From Octopus bimaculoides (Eukaryota), in assembly GCF_001194135.2 (NCBI RefSeq), contig NC_068984.1, forward strand, positions 132,582,256 through 132,646,255: a stretch of DNA of 64,000 bases. Direction: 5' to 3'. The position numbers and the translations under genes are program-made. The notes under the pieces are model-generated. The model had not been told where the DNA came from. It saw only the letters and a program-made list of their open reading frames with translations, and made no database searches. Below are positions 24,459-37,560 of this stretch, in pieces (position 1 is the first letter of the stretch; each line of letters begins with the position of its first letter).

Positions 24459-27400
24459 CTGGAAAAATAAAACAAAATTGCTATAAAAAATATTTCATCT
24501 AAATGGAGGGTGGGGGTTTCTTCTTAATTTTTTTATCAACAAAACAAGAACTGACCTGAACAAAGTTTGAGGTAAATAGAGTGCGAAAGTGAGGGAGAAC
24601 AAGGAAAATGTGCAGGGGACAGGGGGGGAGATAGGAGGGTTGGTTTGAAAGGGAGGATGCCCAAAACCTGGCAAGATGGTGTGAGGGCGGTTGCCATGGC
24701 ATTGAGGTAGATCCAGCCTCCCCTATTGACAGGGACAAAACCCATATTTAAAACACTGAATGATGATGATGATAGAATACCAAATACTGCAGTATTCACC
24801 TTGAGAGATTCTTTCATATATACATATGGTATTAAAAGCACAGACATATATCATTAGCAAACAAGAAGTGTCTGGCATGAGTTCCAGAACTGCCAGATCA
24901 TGTGATTTCACCATACTCGCTTCCTCAGTGGTAGGCATCTACCAACCACATACCAGCTAAATCTCACTGCCAACAATATCTAGAATAACAGTGATTTTTT
25001 CAGTCACTGATATTGCAGGCTTATTAAAAAACAAATATTAGTGACAGAAGTAATATTAATACCAAATAGCAATCATTATATCTTACTTAATGTGGATGTG
25101 TTATTAGAATGCCATATACAGTGATATTTACCTTGAGAGATCCTCTCATGTTTGTGGAGCTCAATACATATGACAGGCATACTGAGCACCCAGAAGTATA
25201 CTAGTTGGATCATAGACACAAATCTCATTTAATAAACAAAGTGATCAATATTTAGTAGTAAAAAATATATAAATTTCAAATGAGAAAAAATTAAAAAATA
25301 TGCTTACTTCATCCATTCTTCTTTTAAGCAAATTAAGCATTGTTCAATAACTTCATAGCATAGATTTGTATTTCTTAGTGCAAGTTCCATACGGATTAAT
25401 ACCTTAGGAGCTGAAAAAGGAAGACAATTCTTATAATTAAATACACGTGATTTATCCATGAAATAGAAAAGAAAAAGCAATCAATTACATCAAAAATAAT
25501 TCAAAACAAACATGCTTATTGTCTTACAAAACTGTTGGACAAGATCTAAGAGGAGAATTTTCGTGACAATTCTATAAAACAAGACTAAAAGACAGCGTCA
25601 CCAGGCATACACAAGACGACTGTTAGTGGGGCAGAAGAGATTTACTTTAAGTAATACATAGAAAAAGATCAATTCCATATGGATAAGCTGTTAACAACAA
25701 ACAAGATGAGGACAAATATCCGTCGAATGTAAATAAAGTAATAATAATGTTTAAGTAAATATTATTCTTATATAATCAGGCTTGGCAGAAGAGACCGTCT
25801 GGATTAAAATTAACCTATAGTAGTGAACACCAGGGACAAAATTAGCTTATGGGAAACCCAACTTCATGCATAGAACCTGGGATGGTGTTATGAAATATTT
25901 TGGGGAAAAAAAAGTCTTATATGCCATCAAATATGGTACATATAAATTGTTTAAAAATGGAAATTTTTACCTTTATCTGGCAGGATAACATGGCTACTGA
26001 TTTTGAACTCGTAGCTATTGAGATCTTGTGGTCCCTCTTCAGGACTGAGGATCTCGATTAAAAGGAACTGTTCTGAGTTTAGAATATGGTTAGGTAACAA
26101 AACTCCAAGAGGGACTCCTAAAAAGTTGCAGCGCCAAGATTCTTCATACTTTTCACTGTAAGGAATTATTTTACAACAGCCTTTCGGTAATAAACCCTGT
26201 AGTGAGATAAAGAAATAAATAAAAATGCCATGACGACAGAGAAAAATGATTCAATAAAATTTATTTTTAAAAATGGTGTGCATTGAGAGAAATTAAAGAG
26301 AATTATGAACGAAAAATAAAAAACAGAATAATTCAACATTAAATCGTTAACAAATTAATTACATTGTTACAGGGAAGAATAAACAACAAGCTAGACTCTC
26401 TTCTTCCAGATCTAGATTTCATATCCAGTTGTTGGCATTATTGGAAGACAGTTCACTCTACCTGTTGAGCCTTCAAACCTAGTTACTTATGTATCATCAT
26501 CATCGTTTAACATCCGCTTTCCATGCTAGCATGGGTTGGACGATTTGACTGAGGACTGGCGAACCAGATGGCTGTACCAGGCTCCAATCTGATCTGAGTG
26601 CTTCTGGTGTATCATAATGAAGCAAATAACAAGTAATTTTGTATTTATCAAATGTGAGCACAGTATCTCATGAAGTTGGGGTTCCCCAGTTGAAGACATC
26701 AGCTTTACATGTATTTGAAGCAGGACCCATCTGGTGAAGACACTCTTTTATAAGCTTCATTCATAGAACTTCAACTCAATACAAGCTAACACAACACATC
26801 ACTTATGCATTGATATCAGTTTCTAGTAGTGAGCTACACCTATATATGATGCCTTGTTCAGATCCCAGATCATCAGTGATCTAGCAGACCTATGAACAAA
26901 ACCATACCAACCATGACCATCCCATCTTATATTTTAAGACATGATATATCTAGGACTATTATCCAATTTGTTCATCATTTTTAAGACAATAGGGTGTGTG
27001 TGATTCTAAGGAATTTTGGTAGTTATTTCAAGCAGATCAAGTGACTAACATAGAGGCTCCCACACTGATTCATCTACATGATGCCCATTGAAAGTACTAT
27101 GATGTAGTTACATCACAGTGCCAAGATATGAACCACTGACCCTGCAGCTACCAGCCTGTGAAGCCTATCAATTCAGTCTACTGCAACAGCAATCATTATA
27201 ATAGAACAGATGAAATAATTTTGGGTAGTAACAAACCTTCAAGACTTCTAACATTGACTTGACGAGCTGTTTCTCTGTACCCTTGACAATTAATTGGTTC
27301 CCTATGACAATATGATGAGCCACCGTGTGAAAGTTTAAATAACCAAGCACCTGTAAAAAAAAAACACAATTCATTAGGCCTATAGTTATTTGTTACTCAC

Positions 27401-28784
27401 TACGTTTAGATTACACTTTAGCATTTAAAACTGGCCATATCCAGCCCAAATATTTTACCTATTTTATGTTCAAACCAGATCCAGCCTCTTACACATCATC
27501 ATCATCTTCATCATCATCATTTAACATCTGCTTTCCATGCTGACATGGATTGGACGGTTTGACTGAAGACTGGCGAGCCGGATGGCTGCACCAGGCTCCA
27601 ATCTGATCGAGCAGAGTTTCTACAGCTGGATGCCCTTCCTAACGCCAACCGTTCCAAGAGTGAAGTGGGTGCTTTTACATGCCACCAGCACGAGGGGCAG
27701 TCAGGTGGTACTGGCAATGGCCACGCTCAAATGGTGTTTTTTATGTGCCACCTGCACAGGAGCCAGTCTAGTGGCACTGGCAATGACCTCGCTCAAGTAT
27801 ATGGAATGCTGTGAACAACAAATTATAATTTCATTTCAAATACATTTAAATATATTTAAGATAATTAGTAGGGGAAAAAAAGAACATAATATTGATCTGG
27901 TGTGGACAGAGGGGTATAGTAACTTGAGAAATTTAGTATTTTAAAGACAAAAAATTTGACAGTACAAAATTACCTGCATAACATTTTGTAAATTATAAAA
28001 TCTCGGCTGATTTGGGTCGGCATCCATTGAATCAATGTCTGGATTTTCTTTGTCTGGACTGGATTTCCTCATGTAGAGTTTTATAAAGCCTTCTTCAGTT
28101 TCTAGAAAAATAAAAGGGACAGAATAATTTATTTACACTTTAGAAATGTTCATTCATTGATTCACACACAACAGGCTTCTACACAATTTTTGTCTATCAA
28201 TTTCACTCACAATGCATTGGTCAGCCTGAGGCTATAGTAGAAGATACTTACACATGGGGTCATGCAGTGAGATTGAACTCAAAGCTACATGCTTGCAAAG
28301 CAAGATTCTTAACCACACAGCTAGACCTGCGTCTGTGGTCAGTAATCCATCTTAACCTCAGTCATTATATATCAAGCATTAATGAGCAAAATAAATTTCG
28401 GAAATTATTGTTCATCAAAATTTTGCTTTCTTTATCAAGATTTTATTTTTTTTTAATTCTTCAACTCACCTTCTAATCTCTCTGTATCCAGAATAGCATC
28501 TTCTGTAGGAGGGGCTTCGAGAGAGGTTTCAGTTATTCGGTTAACGCAAGCTTTAAGGATCCACACAAATGATACATGTAACATTTTGAAAATATGTTTA
28601 TCATCTGTTAATTCTTTCAACGATCTAGCTGGCTTGTTACCACCTCGTTGAAACCGGAAGCTTGCTGGGTAAATACTGTCTCTGTAGCCTTTCTGCGGAC
28701 ATCTTGTCTGTTCTTCAGTGTAGACCTAATAAACAGTAGACCAAAGTAAAAACGATTCACTCAACTACTTTGAAAAAGAATGAT

Positions 28785-28854
<70 letters not shown>

Positions 28855-28909
28855 ATATATATATATATATGTGTGTATATATATATATATGTGTGTATAT
28901 ATATATATA

Positions 28910-28957
<48 letters not shown>

Positions 28958-31900
28958 TATATATATATATACACACACACACCTTGAAACTTGAGTATGA
29001 GGGGGGGGGCTGAAAAGTCCCTGGCTTTAAGAGTAACACGAAAGGGCTGGCTGGAGGCCTGACCTTCCGACTTCTTTTACAGGGCTTAGAAAAACTGAAG
29101 GAATGCTGCAATAACTGCAAATCTGGGAGGGGAATATGTTGAATGAAATCATAATTAACTAATCTTCCTGTTTCTTTTTTTTACCCAAAGCCAGGAACTT
29201 TTCAGCACTCCCTCCGGTGTATGCACATATGTAGATATGTATGCATGTATGTATATACGTATGTATGCATGCATGCATTTATTTATTTATGCATATATAT
29301 GAGGGGATGCTAAAAAGTTCCTGGCTTTAAGGGTACCACAAAAGCCTTATTTGGAGGTCCAACCTTCCCAGTTCTTTTACAAGCCTTAGAAAAACTGAAG
29401 GATTGCTGTAATAAGTGTGTGAATCTGAGAGTGGGATATGTTGAATAGAATCATAATTTACTAATTTTCCGGCATTGTCTTTTACCCAAAGCCAGGAACT
29501 TTTCAGCACCCCCTCATATATACTCTCACCATTTATCTCTCTCTTTTTCCAGCTGAAAAAGCCATGTATCTCTTCTATCATACATCGTCCCACTATCATA
29601 CTTTCATCTCAGTTGAACAGGGCCTTATTTTGAAAGTTACTTGGTGACTTCATTAATGCTGGTGCCACAACAGAAGCACCCAGTACACCTTGTAAAGTGG
29701 TTGGTGTAAGGAAAGGCATCCACCTGTAGAAACCATGTCAAAGCAAAAACCGGAGTTAGGCACAGCCTTCTGTTTCCCTGGTTCCTGTCAAACCATCGAA
29801 CCCATACCAGCACAGAAAACAGATGTTAAACAATGATGATATGTATATATACACACATACATATAAGCATGAAAAATGCATGTTAAAACAATGACCATGG
29901 TATATGTGTGTTGTGAGAGAGAGAGAGAGAGAGAAAGAGGGAGAAAGAGAGCCATTACAGCTATAGAGTGCTGACACAACAGAGTCTCAAGTTTGGTTCC
30001 ACTGTGTGGTACCTTGGTCAAGTGTCTTCTACTACAGCCTGGGGTCAACCAAAGCTTATGGGTGGATTTGGTAGACGGAAACTTAAAGAAACTTGTCATA
30101 TATGTATACATGTGTGTGTCTATACCCTTGCCTTGATATCACATAATGGTTGTAAATGAGCATCACTGTCACACCAGCAATGTTATCTGTTTCCAGTTTT
30201 CTGTGAAATGTGTTTGTCCATAGGGAAATATTTCCTTGCTTGGAAACAGATGAAGGTAAGTGACAGGAAGGGTATCCAGCCATGAAAAAAATCTACCTTA
30301 AACAAATTCCATCTGACTCATGCAAACAAAATTAATTAATTCTATATTTAAGAGATGAGGAATTATGTACATTATTTACATTATTTATATTTGACGGATA
30401 TTTGTCCTCGTCTTGTTTGTTGTTAGCACAACGTTTCAGCTGATATACCCTCCAGCCTTCATCAGGTGTCTTGGGGAAATTTTGAACCTGGGTTCTCATT
30501 CCTAAGATATTTTTTGATGTTATTATTATTATTATTATTATTATTATCATCATTAAGGTCAGTGCCTGGAATCAAACTCGGAATCTTGGGGTTAGTAGCC
30601 CACGCTCTTAACCACTATGCCATATGTTGAATGAAATCATACGCCATATGGTGTAGTGGTTAAGAGCATGGGCTATTAATCCCAAAATTCCGAGTTTGAT
30701 TCCAGGCAGTGACCTCAATAATAATAATAATAATATCAAAAAATACTTTAAGAATGAGAGGTTCGAAATTTCCCCAAGAAACCTGATGAAGGCTGGAGGG
30801 TATATCAACCGAAACGTTAACAACAAACAAGATGAGGACAAATATCCGTCAAATATAAATAATGAAAAATAATTGGGTATTACATCATGATGATCTCTGT
30901 CTCAAAACACAGGGCGAATTATTTCAATAAATATCAACAATGTTAGCTTATTTTCATTTTTTTTCTCCCGTTCCACTTAAACTTCTTCAACAGAAAAAGA
31001 AGAATTACACACAAGTTACCTTTTCTGCTTTCATTTGTAGTTGCTTGATAACAAGTTGTAAATTTGGTACAAGGAAAGACCAAGAGTTCAACAAATATAA
31101 TTTATCCATCATAACAATGATGATGCTATACCAACGTTTAAATCCACGAGCTTGATTATCTTGGATATAGAAAGTGTAACTGAGAACATTGCCTTGTTGT
31201 TTATCACCAAAGAAAATAGGACCTTCTCGACCAGGACACACCTGTGGGTTATAAAAAGAGTAAAAATAGCAATAAAATATGACTAAACAGCTATTAGATA
31301 TTTTTCTGTTATAGTGTCCATCTCTTACAAGATACTATAATTTATAAAACAGCAATCAGTTCAGTGTGGCAATAAACCAAGAATAATTCAGAATTATTTT
31401 TCCCAAGTATGAACAATTGAGACTAGAGATATTATCTAACCATCGTGTTTTTGGTCTACCCCTAGGTCTCTCATCAATCGACTTGGCTTGAGAAATATCT
31501 TGCAATTCTTTCTTGTGACATTCTAATCACATGTTCACAGTACCAGAGCTGTGACCTCTCCATGCAGAGAAATAGCATCTCCCTGATCTCTGAGCTATGC
31601 ACTCTTAAGTAACGTTATTCTAGAGATCCTTTGGAGTAGGAGCTCTCAACCACTTTTTATCTATGGACCCCTTTGATTACTATTTTATTCTGGTGGACCC
31701 CTATACCCATTCAATGTTTAAAAGTTAGTTTTATAGAAAATTCTTTGAAAATTCCTATTTTGCTTTTCACACATTAATTTGTGTAAGTTGAACTAAATAA
31801 ATGCTAGAGAAAGAAACTTGTTTCTTGAAATGCATACAAAAACACACATCTAAAGCAAAATTTTTTCAGGGGCCCTTAAAATACTGTTGTGAATCCCCAA

Positions 31901-34157
31901 TTTACTATTTTGTTACATTAACTCCCAAAAATCTTATATGAACCTTCAGGGGCTATATGGACCCTGGTTGAGAACCACTATTTTGGAGGAACCCCATTTC
32001 GACCACCTGCATTCACAATAATACTGACATAAATTCTCTAAATACAACTACACAAGTGTTTCTCTTACTTATAAGTAATAAAAAAATCTCCATTTTGCAC
32101 TTTTAAATTATTCCTAAAAAAAACTTGGAAAAAATACCAAATTGATAGTATTCGATAATAATTTTGAAATATATAAGATATAGAAAAAAAGTATACATTA
32201 CCTCACAACTAAGACTGCGCAGACATGCTTGTCGTACCATACTAAAAACTTTGGGATGGTGTGGATGTTGGCTGCTCACATAACTAATAGGAACTTCATC
32301 ATCGTGACTAACAAATCCAGTTTTGACAGAATAACAGCCCTGCAAGTAACAAATTATCCAGTTTTTAAAAAGATATACAAGTGACAATTAAACAATTATG
32401 AAGAACACAAATTTATAATTCATCTCAAAATAAACTGACATGTTAAAACATTTGCATTCTAATTCGTTTGATCTTTTAACTGGTTTGTATCCAATGGCTT
32501 CATGGCCCTGTGGTTAAGAAGTTCGCTTCCCAACCATGTGATTTTGGGTTCAGTCCCACTGTGCTTCACCTTGGGCAAGTGCTTTTTGGCATAGATAGTC
32601 CTGGGTCAATAAAGTCTTGTAAGTGGATTTAGTAGACATTGTGTGTGTGTGTGTTTGTGTACACACACATGTAAATTAGTGTTTGTGTGAGTGAGCTTGT
32701 ACTTCCCCACATGTATTTGTTGGTTATAAACAAGGGCTTCACTGACATGGTGTACAGTGTTATTTGCTTCTCATCCACCACAAAAGCATGTCTGGCCTTC
32801 TTCACATGTGAAATATTTGTAAATATTCTTCTCACTTTCTCCTTTATTATCATTCCCTTGGCTGTTTTCTCTGCTTCAAGCTACCTGGCTGATATCAACA
32901 TCTGGTGGTCTGTGTGCTTGTCTACAAACAGTCATGAAACATGGTCCAAAACTTCTAATGAACAGCAACTCCCTGAAATTTTCCCTAATGGAACTTAACT
33001 GCATGGTATTATTGCATCTGTTCATGCAACAGGCAAGTTTGTTTGGTGATATGTAGTATCTTAAGTTTTGTGGCAGAATCTGTTTAGAAATTATGCTCTT
33101 TGCTTCTTTTTCAATGAATTGGAAATGGATTTGCAGTGAAGAGAAGGACACAATGAAATTAAGCAGGCCTAGGGAGTTCCCCCATTATTATATGTTCCAT
33201 ATTAAATCTGATATTATGTAGGGCATACCGTGTGACTGGCCTTTGTGCCGGTGGCACGTGAAAGCACCCACTACACTCTCGGAGTGGTTGGCGTTAGGAA
33301 GGGCATCCAGCTGTAGAAACTCTGTCAGATCAGACTGGAGCCTGGTGCGGCCTTCTGTTTTGCCAGTCCTCAGTCAAATCGTCCAACCCATGCTAGCATG
33401 GAAAGTGGACGTTAAACAATGATGATGATGATGATTATGTAGAGCATTAAAAGTCTCTTTGGTTTTTATGACCTTTTCTATGGAAAAGATCAACAAAGAG
33501 CATTATCTACATATCTCTGGTATATATGATATGTTGCTTCACTTCAGTTCAACTGGAGTTAGAGTTGTCAGGATCTTACTGGAAGGTTACTTGTATGTGA
33601 TGGAGAATTCAAGGGAGCTGAAATTTACTGAGGTGAAGTCTGCTGTAAGTTTGTGCCCTCTTTCCAGATGTTGTTAGACTTATTGTATGGCTTGTGCTGG
33701 AGTGCACATTCAAGTTGAAGGTAAATGATGAGAAATGACATAATAGTCTAGAGATTTTACTGAACAAATATCCAATGTTTACATTTAAAAATAAAAGTGA
33801 AATATAAAGCAAAGACAGCAAATAAAGAAGAGAGTAAAAAAGAGACAAAATAAAGGGGAAAGAAAAAAATAGACAGCGTAGAGAAAGAGAAAGAAGGAAG
33901 AATATAGAAATAGGAGTAAGATGACATACTTCACAAAGATCTGTCTTCATACTTGTCACAGCAGCACTATCAGTAGAAGAAAAAGAACCATGTCTTATGG
34001 CTTTTGACCGGTTGTGTAGATGACCAGCACTGACATCAGACAATGCATCCTCATCATCTACAGCTCTGTGTTCTTGTGGATGGAAAGATTGTGTGCAATA
34101 TACAATTCTTGGGCCATGGAGTTCACAGAAGTGACACACAGCTATGATAGCATTCAT
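24263..34157 (-). CDS. FLCN: Folliculin (longin + DENN domains; RagC/D GAP subunit), 9 coding exons, 536 aa
   Basis: complement join(33930..34157,32202..32339,31020..31241,28470..28725,27974..28101,27237..27350,25971..26196,25308..25410,24263..24458), all GT-AG and phase-consistent. Hallmarks: [77 protein letters not shown]. Confidence 0.97.
25308..25410 (-). CDS. FLCN: FLCN coding exon 8
   Basis: cag|(A)[33 protein letters not shown] aa|gtaagc. Confidence 0.95.
25971..26196 (-). CDS. FLCN: FLCN coding exon 7
   Basis: cag|[27 protein letters not shown]...ILPDK g|gtaaaa. Confidence 0.95.
27237..27350 (-). CDS. FLCN: FLCN coding exon 6
   Basis: cag|[38 protein letters not shown]|gtttgt. Confidence 0.94.
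27974..28101 (-). CDS. FLCN: FLCN coding exon 5
   Basis: tag|(E)[42 protein letters not shown]|gtaatt. Confidence 0.9.
28470..28725 (-). CDS. FLCN: FLCN coding exon 4
   Basis: tag|[13 protein letters not shown]...[14 protein letters not shown]...[12 protein letters not shown]...[14 protein letters not shown] g|gtgagt. Confidence 0.95.
28998..29214 (+). mobile_element. Mariner-derived MITE
   Basis: TIRs tgaggggg..ctgaaaagtccctggcttt / aaagccaggaacttttcagcac; TA on the left flank. Confidence 0.85.
29300..29516 (+). mobile_element. Mariner-derived MITE
   Basis: TA|tgaggggatgctaaaaagttcctggcttt ... aaagccaggaacttttcagcaccccctca|TA. Confidence 0.88.
30340..30626 (-). mobile_element. tRNA-headed SINE family E with Penelope-like, hammerhead-bearing tail (copy A)
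   Basis: Head catatggcatagtggttaagagcgtgggctactaacccc..gagtttgattccagg, (aat)n spacer, tail gacac-ctgatga-a-ggctg..cagct-gaaa-cgtt-gtgct. Confidence 0.8.
30425..30470 (-). ncRNA. Minimal type-I hammerhead ribozyme motif (imperfect)
   Basis: GACAC CUGAUGA A GGCUG-loop-CAGCU GAAACGUU GUGCU: core CUGANGA/GAAA, 5-bp stem II, palindromic ACGU stem III, 4/5-bp stem I. Confidence 0.5.
30645..30864 (+). mobile_element. SINE family E copy B, inverted relative to copy A
   Basis: Reverse-complement match to 30371-30626; 18-nt spacer. Confidence 0.8.
31020..31241 (-). CDS. FLCN: FLCN coding exon 3
   Basis: cag|[13 protein letters not shown]...[12 protein letters not shown]...QMKAEK|gtaact. Confidence 0.96.
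31637..31980. mobile_element. hAT-type MITE
   Basis: TIRs taggagctctcaacc / ggttgagaaccacta; 8-bp TSD ctttggag / ttttggag. Confidence 0.85.
32202..32339 (-). CDS. FLCN: FLCN coding exon 2
   Basis: cag|[46 protein letters not shown]|gtaatg. Confidence 0.96.
33930..34157 (-). CDS. FLCN: FLCN coding exon 1
   Basis: [23 protein letters not shown]...KTDLCE|gtatgt; an acceptor (ttccag) 19 nt upstream of the ATG implies an upstream 5'UTR exon. Confidence 0.96.
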
Positions 34158-37100
34158 TTTTATAATTTAAAAATATCTGGAATGAAAGATACATACAATG
34201 TTACTAAAAAGAAAACTTTAAATATAAATGATTTCTGAATTAGAATCTAGAAAAACACTTGAATTGCTGACCATATAAGGACAAGCTATACAGGTGTTTT
34301 GAGGAGGATTGCAAAAAGTGGGTGAAACAGAAACAATTAAAAGTGGAGGAGGAGGAAATGCCATTTCTTTTCAATTCAAAGTTGTTGCACTTGACAATCA
34401 GTAAAGCATTCAAGAGTGTCCAGCTCACAAATCTACCAAAAGTAGGACTGGTTATGCACATCTAGTAAAACTACCTGCCTATAGACTGTCACTCATCTAT
34501 TGGATCAGAGGCATCCTGCTAGATCACACAACTGTTGAGTGTGCTGATTGAGCTCTCTGTCCAACTCTATCAATTCTGGTAACCAAGGTCTGGGTTTGTC
34601 CCCTACATTTTTTCCCTTCCAACAACGTCCACTACTGTGTAGAGGATACCACCCTTCATTTGTTCTAACATTCCAAATGCAACTAAGATACTTCATATCA
34701 AAGCTGCACTGGGTCCATGAATAGAGACCTCAAAAACATTCTCTAATCTCGTCTTCTTCAATAACACAAAGACAAATTACAACATATATCAAGAAAACAA
34801 TATTGTACCTAACCCTTCCTAACCTAGATCAATGCAAATGTTAGGTCACACAATTACTGAGGATTTCTCCAGGAAACTGCACATCTTCAGCATAGCAAAG
34901 ACTGGCCTTCCTATTCAGGGTCAGAAAACAGTACAGTCCCCAACAACTCAAATAAATCCCACAATGAAGTAGTACTTCCACAATGCAGCTGCTACACATT
35001 CAGACATCCAAAACAGACCAGCCAACTAAGTGACATGAAATCACTCACCAACACATTCAACCTCTAGTCCATAATCATGCTGTATATACTCACTCCACCT
35101 TTTCTACTGCTGCAGTAGCCTCTGCTTCACATAGCTGGCTGGTCTTATTCCACTCCACAACTCAGACACTTCCAACTTGTATTTCCTTGCCACATCATTT
35201 ATATTGCATTCAACCCACTTAGTCCAGCTGTTCTCCCCAGAATGTCAACACTTTGAAATACCCTCTCTACCCATGTTTTTCCAGCAAACATCAACTTGCA
35301 ACTATAAGAACACTAACTATGTACATTTCACCAATTTCAGAGGGTTTGCAAAAACAATGGGCACATCCCTTCCTTTATACCTCCCACCCTAAAAAGATAT
35401 ATGGGTTTATGTGCAAGCGTATACAATAAGCAGAGAAACAAAACCATTGTTGAAGAGATGTAGTATTCATTACAGGCTTATTTTCTTGAGATATGCCAAA
35501 TGTGCAGTTTCATTCCACTACAAAACTAAGACCCTCACAGAACATTCTCAATGAGATAGCACATAACAGGGAGTAATCAAATTATGTGGATGAAGCTTGT
35601 ATGTGAAAAGAGAGGAAGGCATATAGGCTGGTGCTATCAATACAGGAGTATGTATAAGACATAACATTAATATAGAATATGATAGAGATAACTTGAACAC
35701 TGAGATACATCTGAGCATTCCACCAACATACACACTACAATGGAACAATCGGACACGAGTCTTCTAAACCTAGTGATTAATGGCAAGTATAACCCATAAA
35801 CTGGCAAATGTATCTAACATCCTAGACATGGTCAAAAGCTTTGCAACAAATAAGCTTTTACCAAAATGCTCAAGAATAAAAGACAACTGGCATGTAACGT
35901 AGCACAGACCTCCAATGTAGTTGACTGTGAATACTAAAAGAAACCTAATGAATATAGTAATAAAGTGTTTGTTTACTATCACCATCATCTAAGAAAAACT
36001 GGAGATGAGGGTGATGGGCTAATAATTGACAGGATAAGAGAGATTACCTTTCTAAGGAGTAGGTCACAAAGATGCGTTTCCATATCTCAAGGTAAAATGC
36101 ACACAGAAAGAGAGCAATTGCGGAAGTTGGTGAAGCCGGCAGTGCCCAATTGCTGAGTAATTTTCTTAGATATGGTTGGGTCTCGCATATGCAAGACTAA
36201 AATTCAATCTATGAATATTTTGTACGCAGAACGCTCCTTTGAGGTACTTCCTACGGCCATATTGTGTAATTTATTTACATCTGTCTAATTAGATACATGG
36301 CATCTGAAGTTCCGTTTTCTGGAACAAGCCCAAATAACATTTTGTTCATTTTAACTCCCAACGTGTGCATAACAGGAAAACTATCAAACTATAAAATTAG
36401 TAAAATTTAAGACTATTTTTGAGTTTTCAAAATCAGTTTAAAGATTTTCCATTTATTTTGGGTTTCTTTCTTTTTTTTTTTTTTTCCAAATTAAGGTACA
36501 AATTCTATATCAATATAAACTTAGTGGTTAATGTTTGCTTTAGTACCCAACTAAAATTAAAAAGATTAATTCATTCTAGTCATGAAAACATCAATATAAA
36601 TGTAGATTAGTTTATCGGAATATTACAATACACAACTTAAATAGAGTTTGAAGAATTCAAAACAATTTTATAACTTCATTATAGTGACGTTTTTTTTCCT
36701 TCTTAATTGTTGTTGCAAAAGTTATATAATGTTTGTAATTAAATATTTAATAATGATCAGTGACACGCGCACATCATCAAACAATTATTTTCCTGCGATT
36801 CAATATTGTATATAATCTAACGTTAAGTAAATAACCATGTGCTACCTGAGGTGGTTGAATCAAAGCAAATTAACAGAGAAGATAAACACATTATATAGAT
36901 ATATTGACAAAATAAAAAGATTTGGGAGAATGGGAGTGCGTGTTTAAATAATTAAAATACACTAAATGAGAATAAGAATAAAGTAATTACCGATATTTTA
37001 TTTATTAAGATAAAAATATAAATGTTTATCAGTAAAAACAATGGTGACAGTTAATCTAACAAACACACTATCTCTATGTTCGAAATAAATCATTTTATCA

Positions 37101-37299
37101 ATCACACGAAGTAAATATATCATAAAAGAAAACAACATGGTTATAGTAAACAATACGACAAAGGTAAAAATGTCGGGAAGAGGAGACTGACGGTGAAAAA
37201 GGAAACTAGACAAGCTTTGGGAGGAGGTTCTTAAAAACAAAATTAATCGATGTATATACAGACCATCAAAAATTGAATGCACTTGTTGTGTTTACAAAG

Positions 37300-37560
37300 C
37301 CGTGTTGGCTAGAACCAATTTAGATATCGGCCACATCCCCGTGATTAATGAACTGGTTGGCACACGATGAATCACGAGAAACACTCCTGCCATTGCACAA
37401 GATATCGTAAAATGCCAAGTTTACTAGAAAGCAGAGTTTTATCCGCTGATGTTTCTAACGCTATCTATGATTGGTTGATATTACGAACGTCAGCGTAATA
37501 CTGACCAATTATAAACGTCGTTTCAAACAGTGAAATGTTTGTATTTGTTTGGTTTTAAAA
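37300..37560. promoter_or_regulatory. Candidate bidirectional promoter (FLCN leftward; unidentified gene rightward)
   Basis: CpG-containing island with CCAAT/ATTGG boxes (~37315, ~37470, ~37505); strand T-richness flips across it as expected for divergent first introns. Confidence 0.4.

Noticed and set aside
30645-30715. tRNA-like sequences at SINE heads (also 19392, 37651, 58428)
   Set aside because: They continue into SINE bodies and lack a proper acceptor stem; not tRNA genes
33609-33929. Extension of the FLCN ORF to 182 aa
   Set aside because: Read-through into the intron beyond the GTATGT donor at 33929; low-complexity hydrophobic translation
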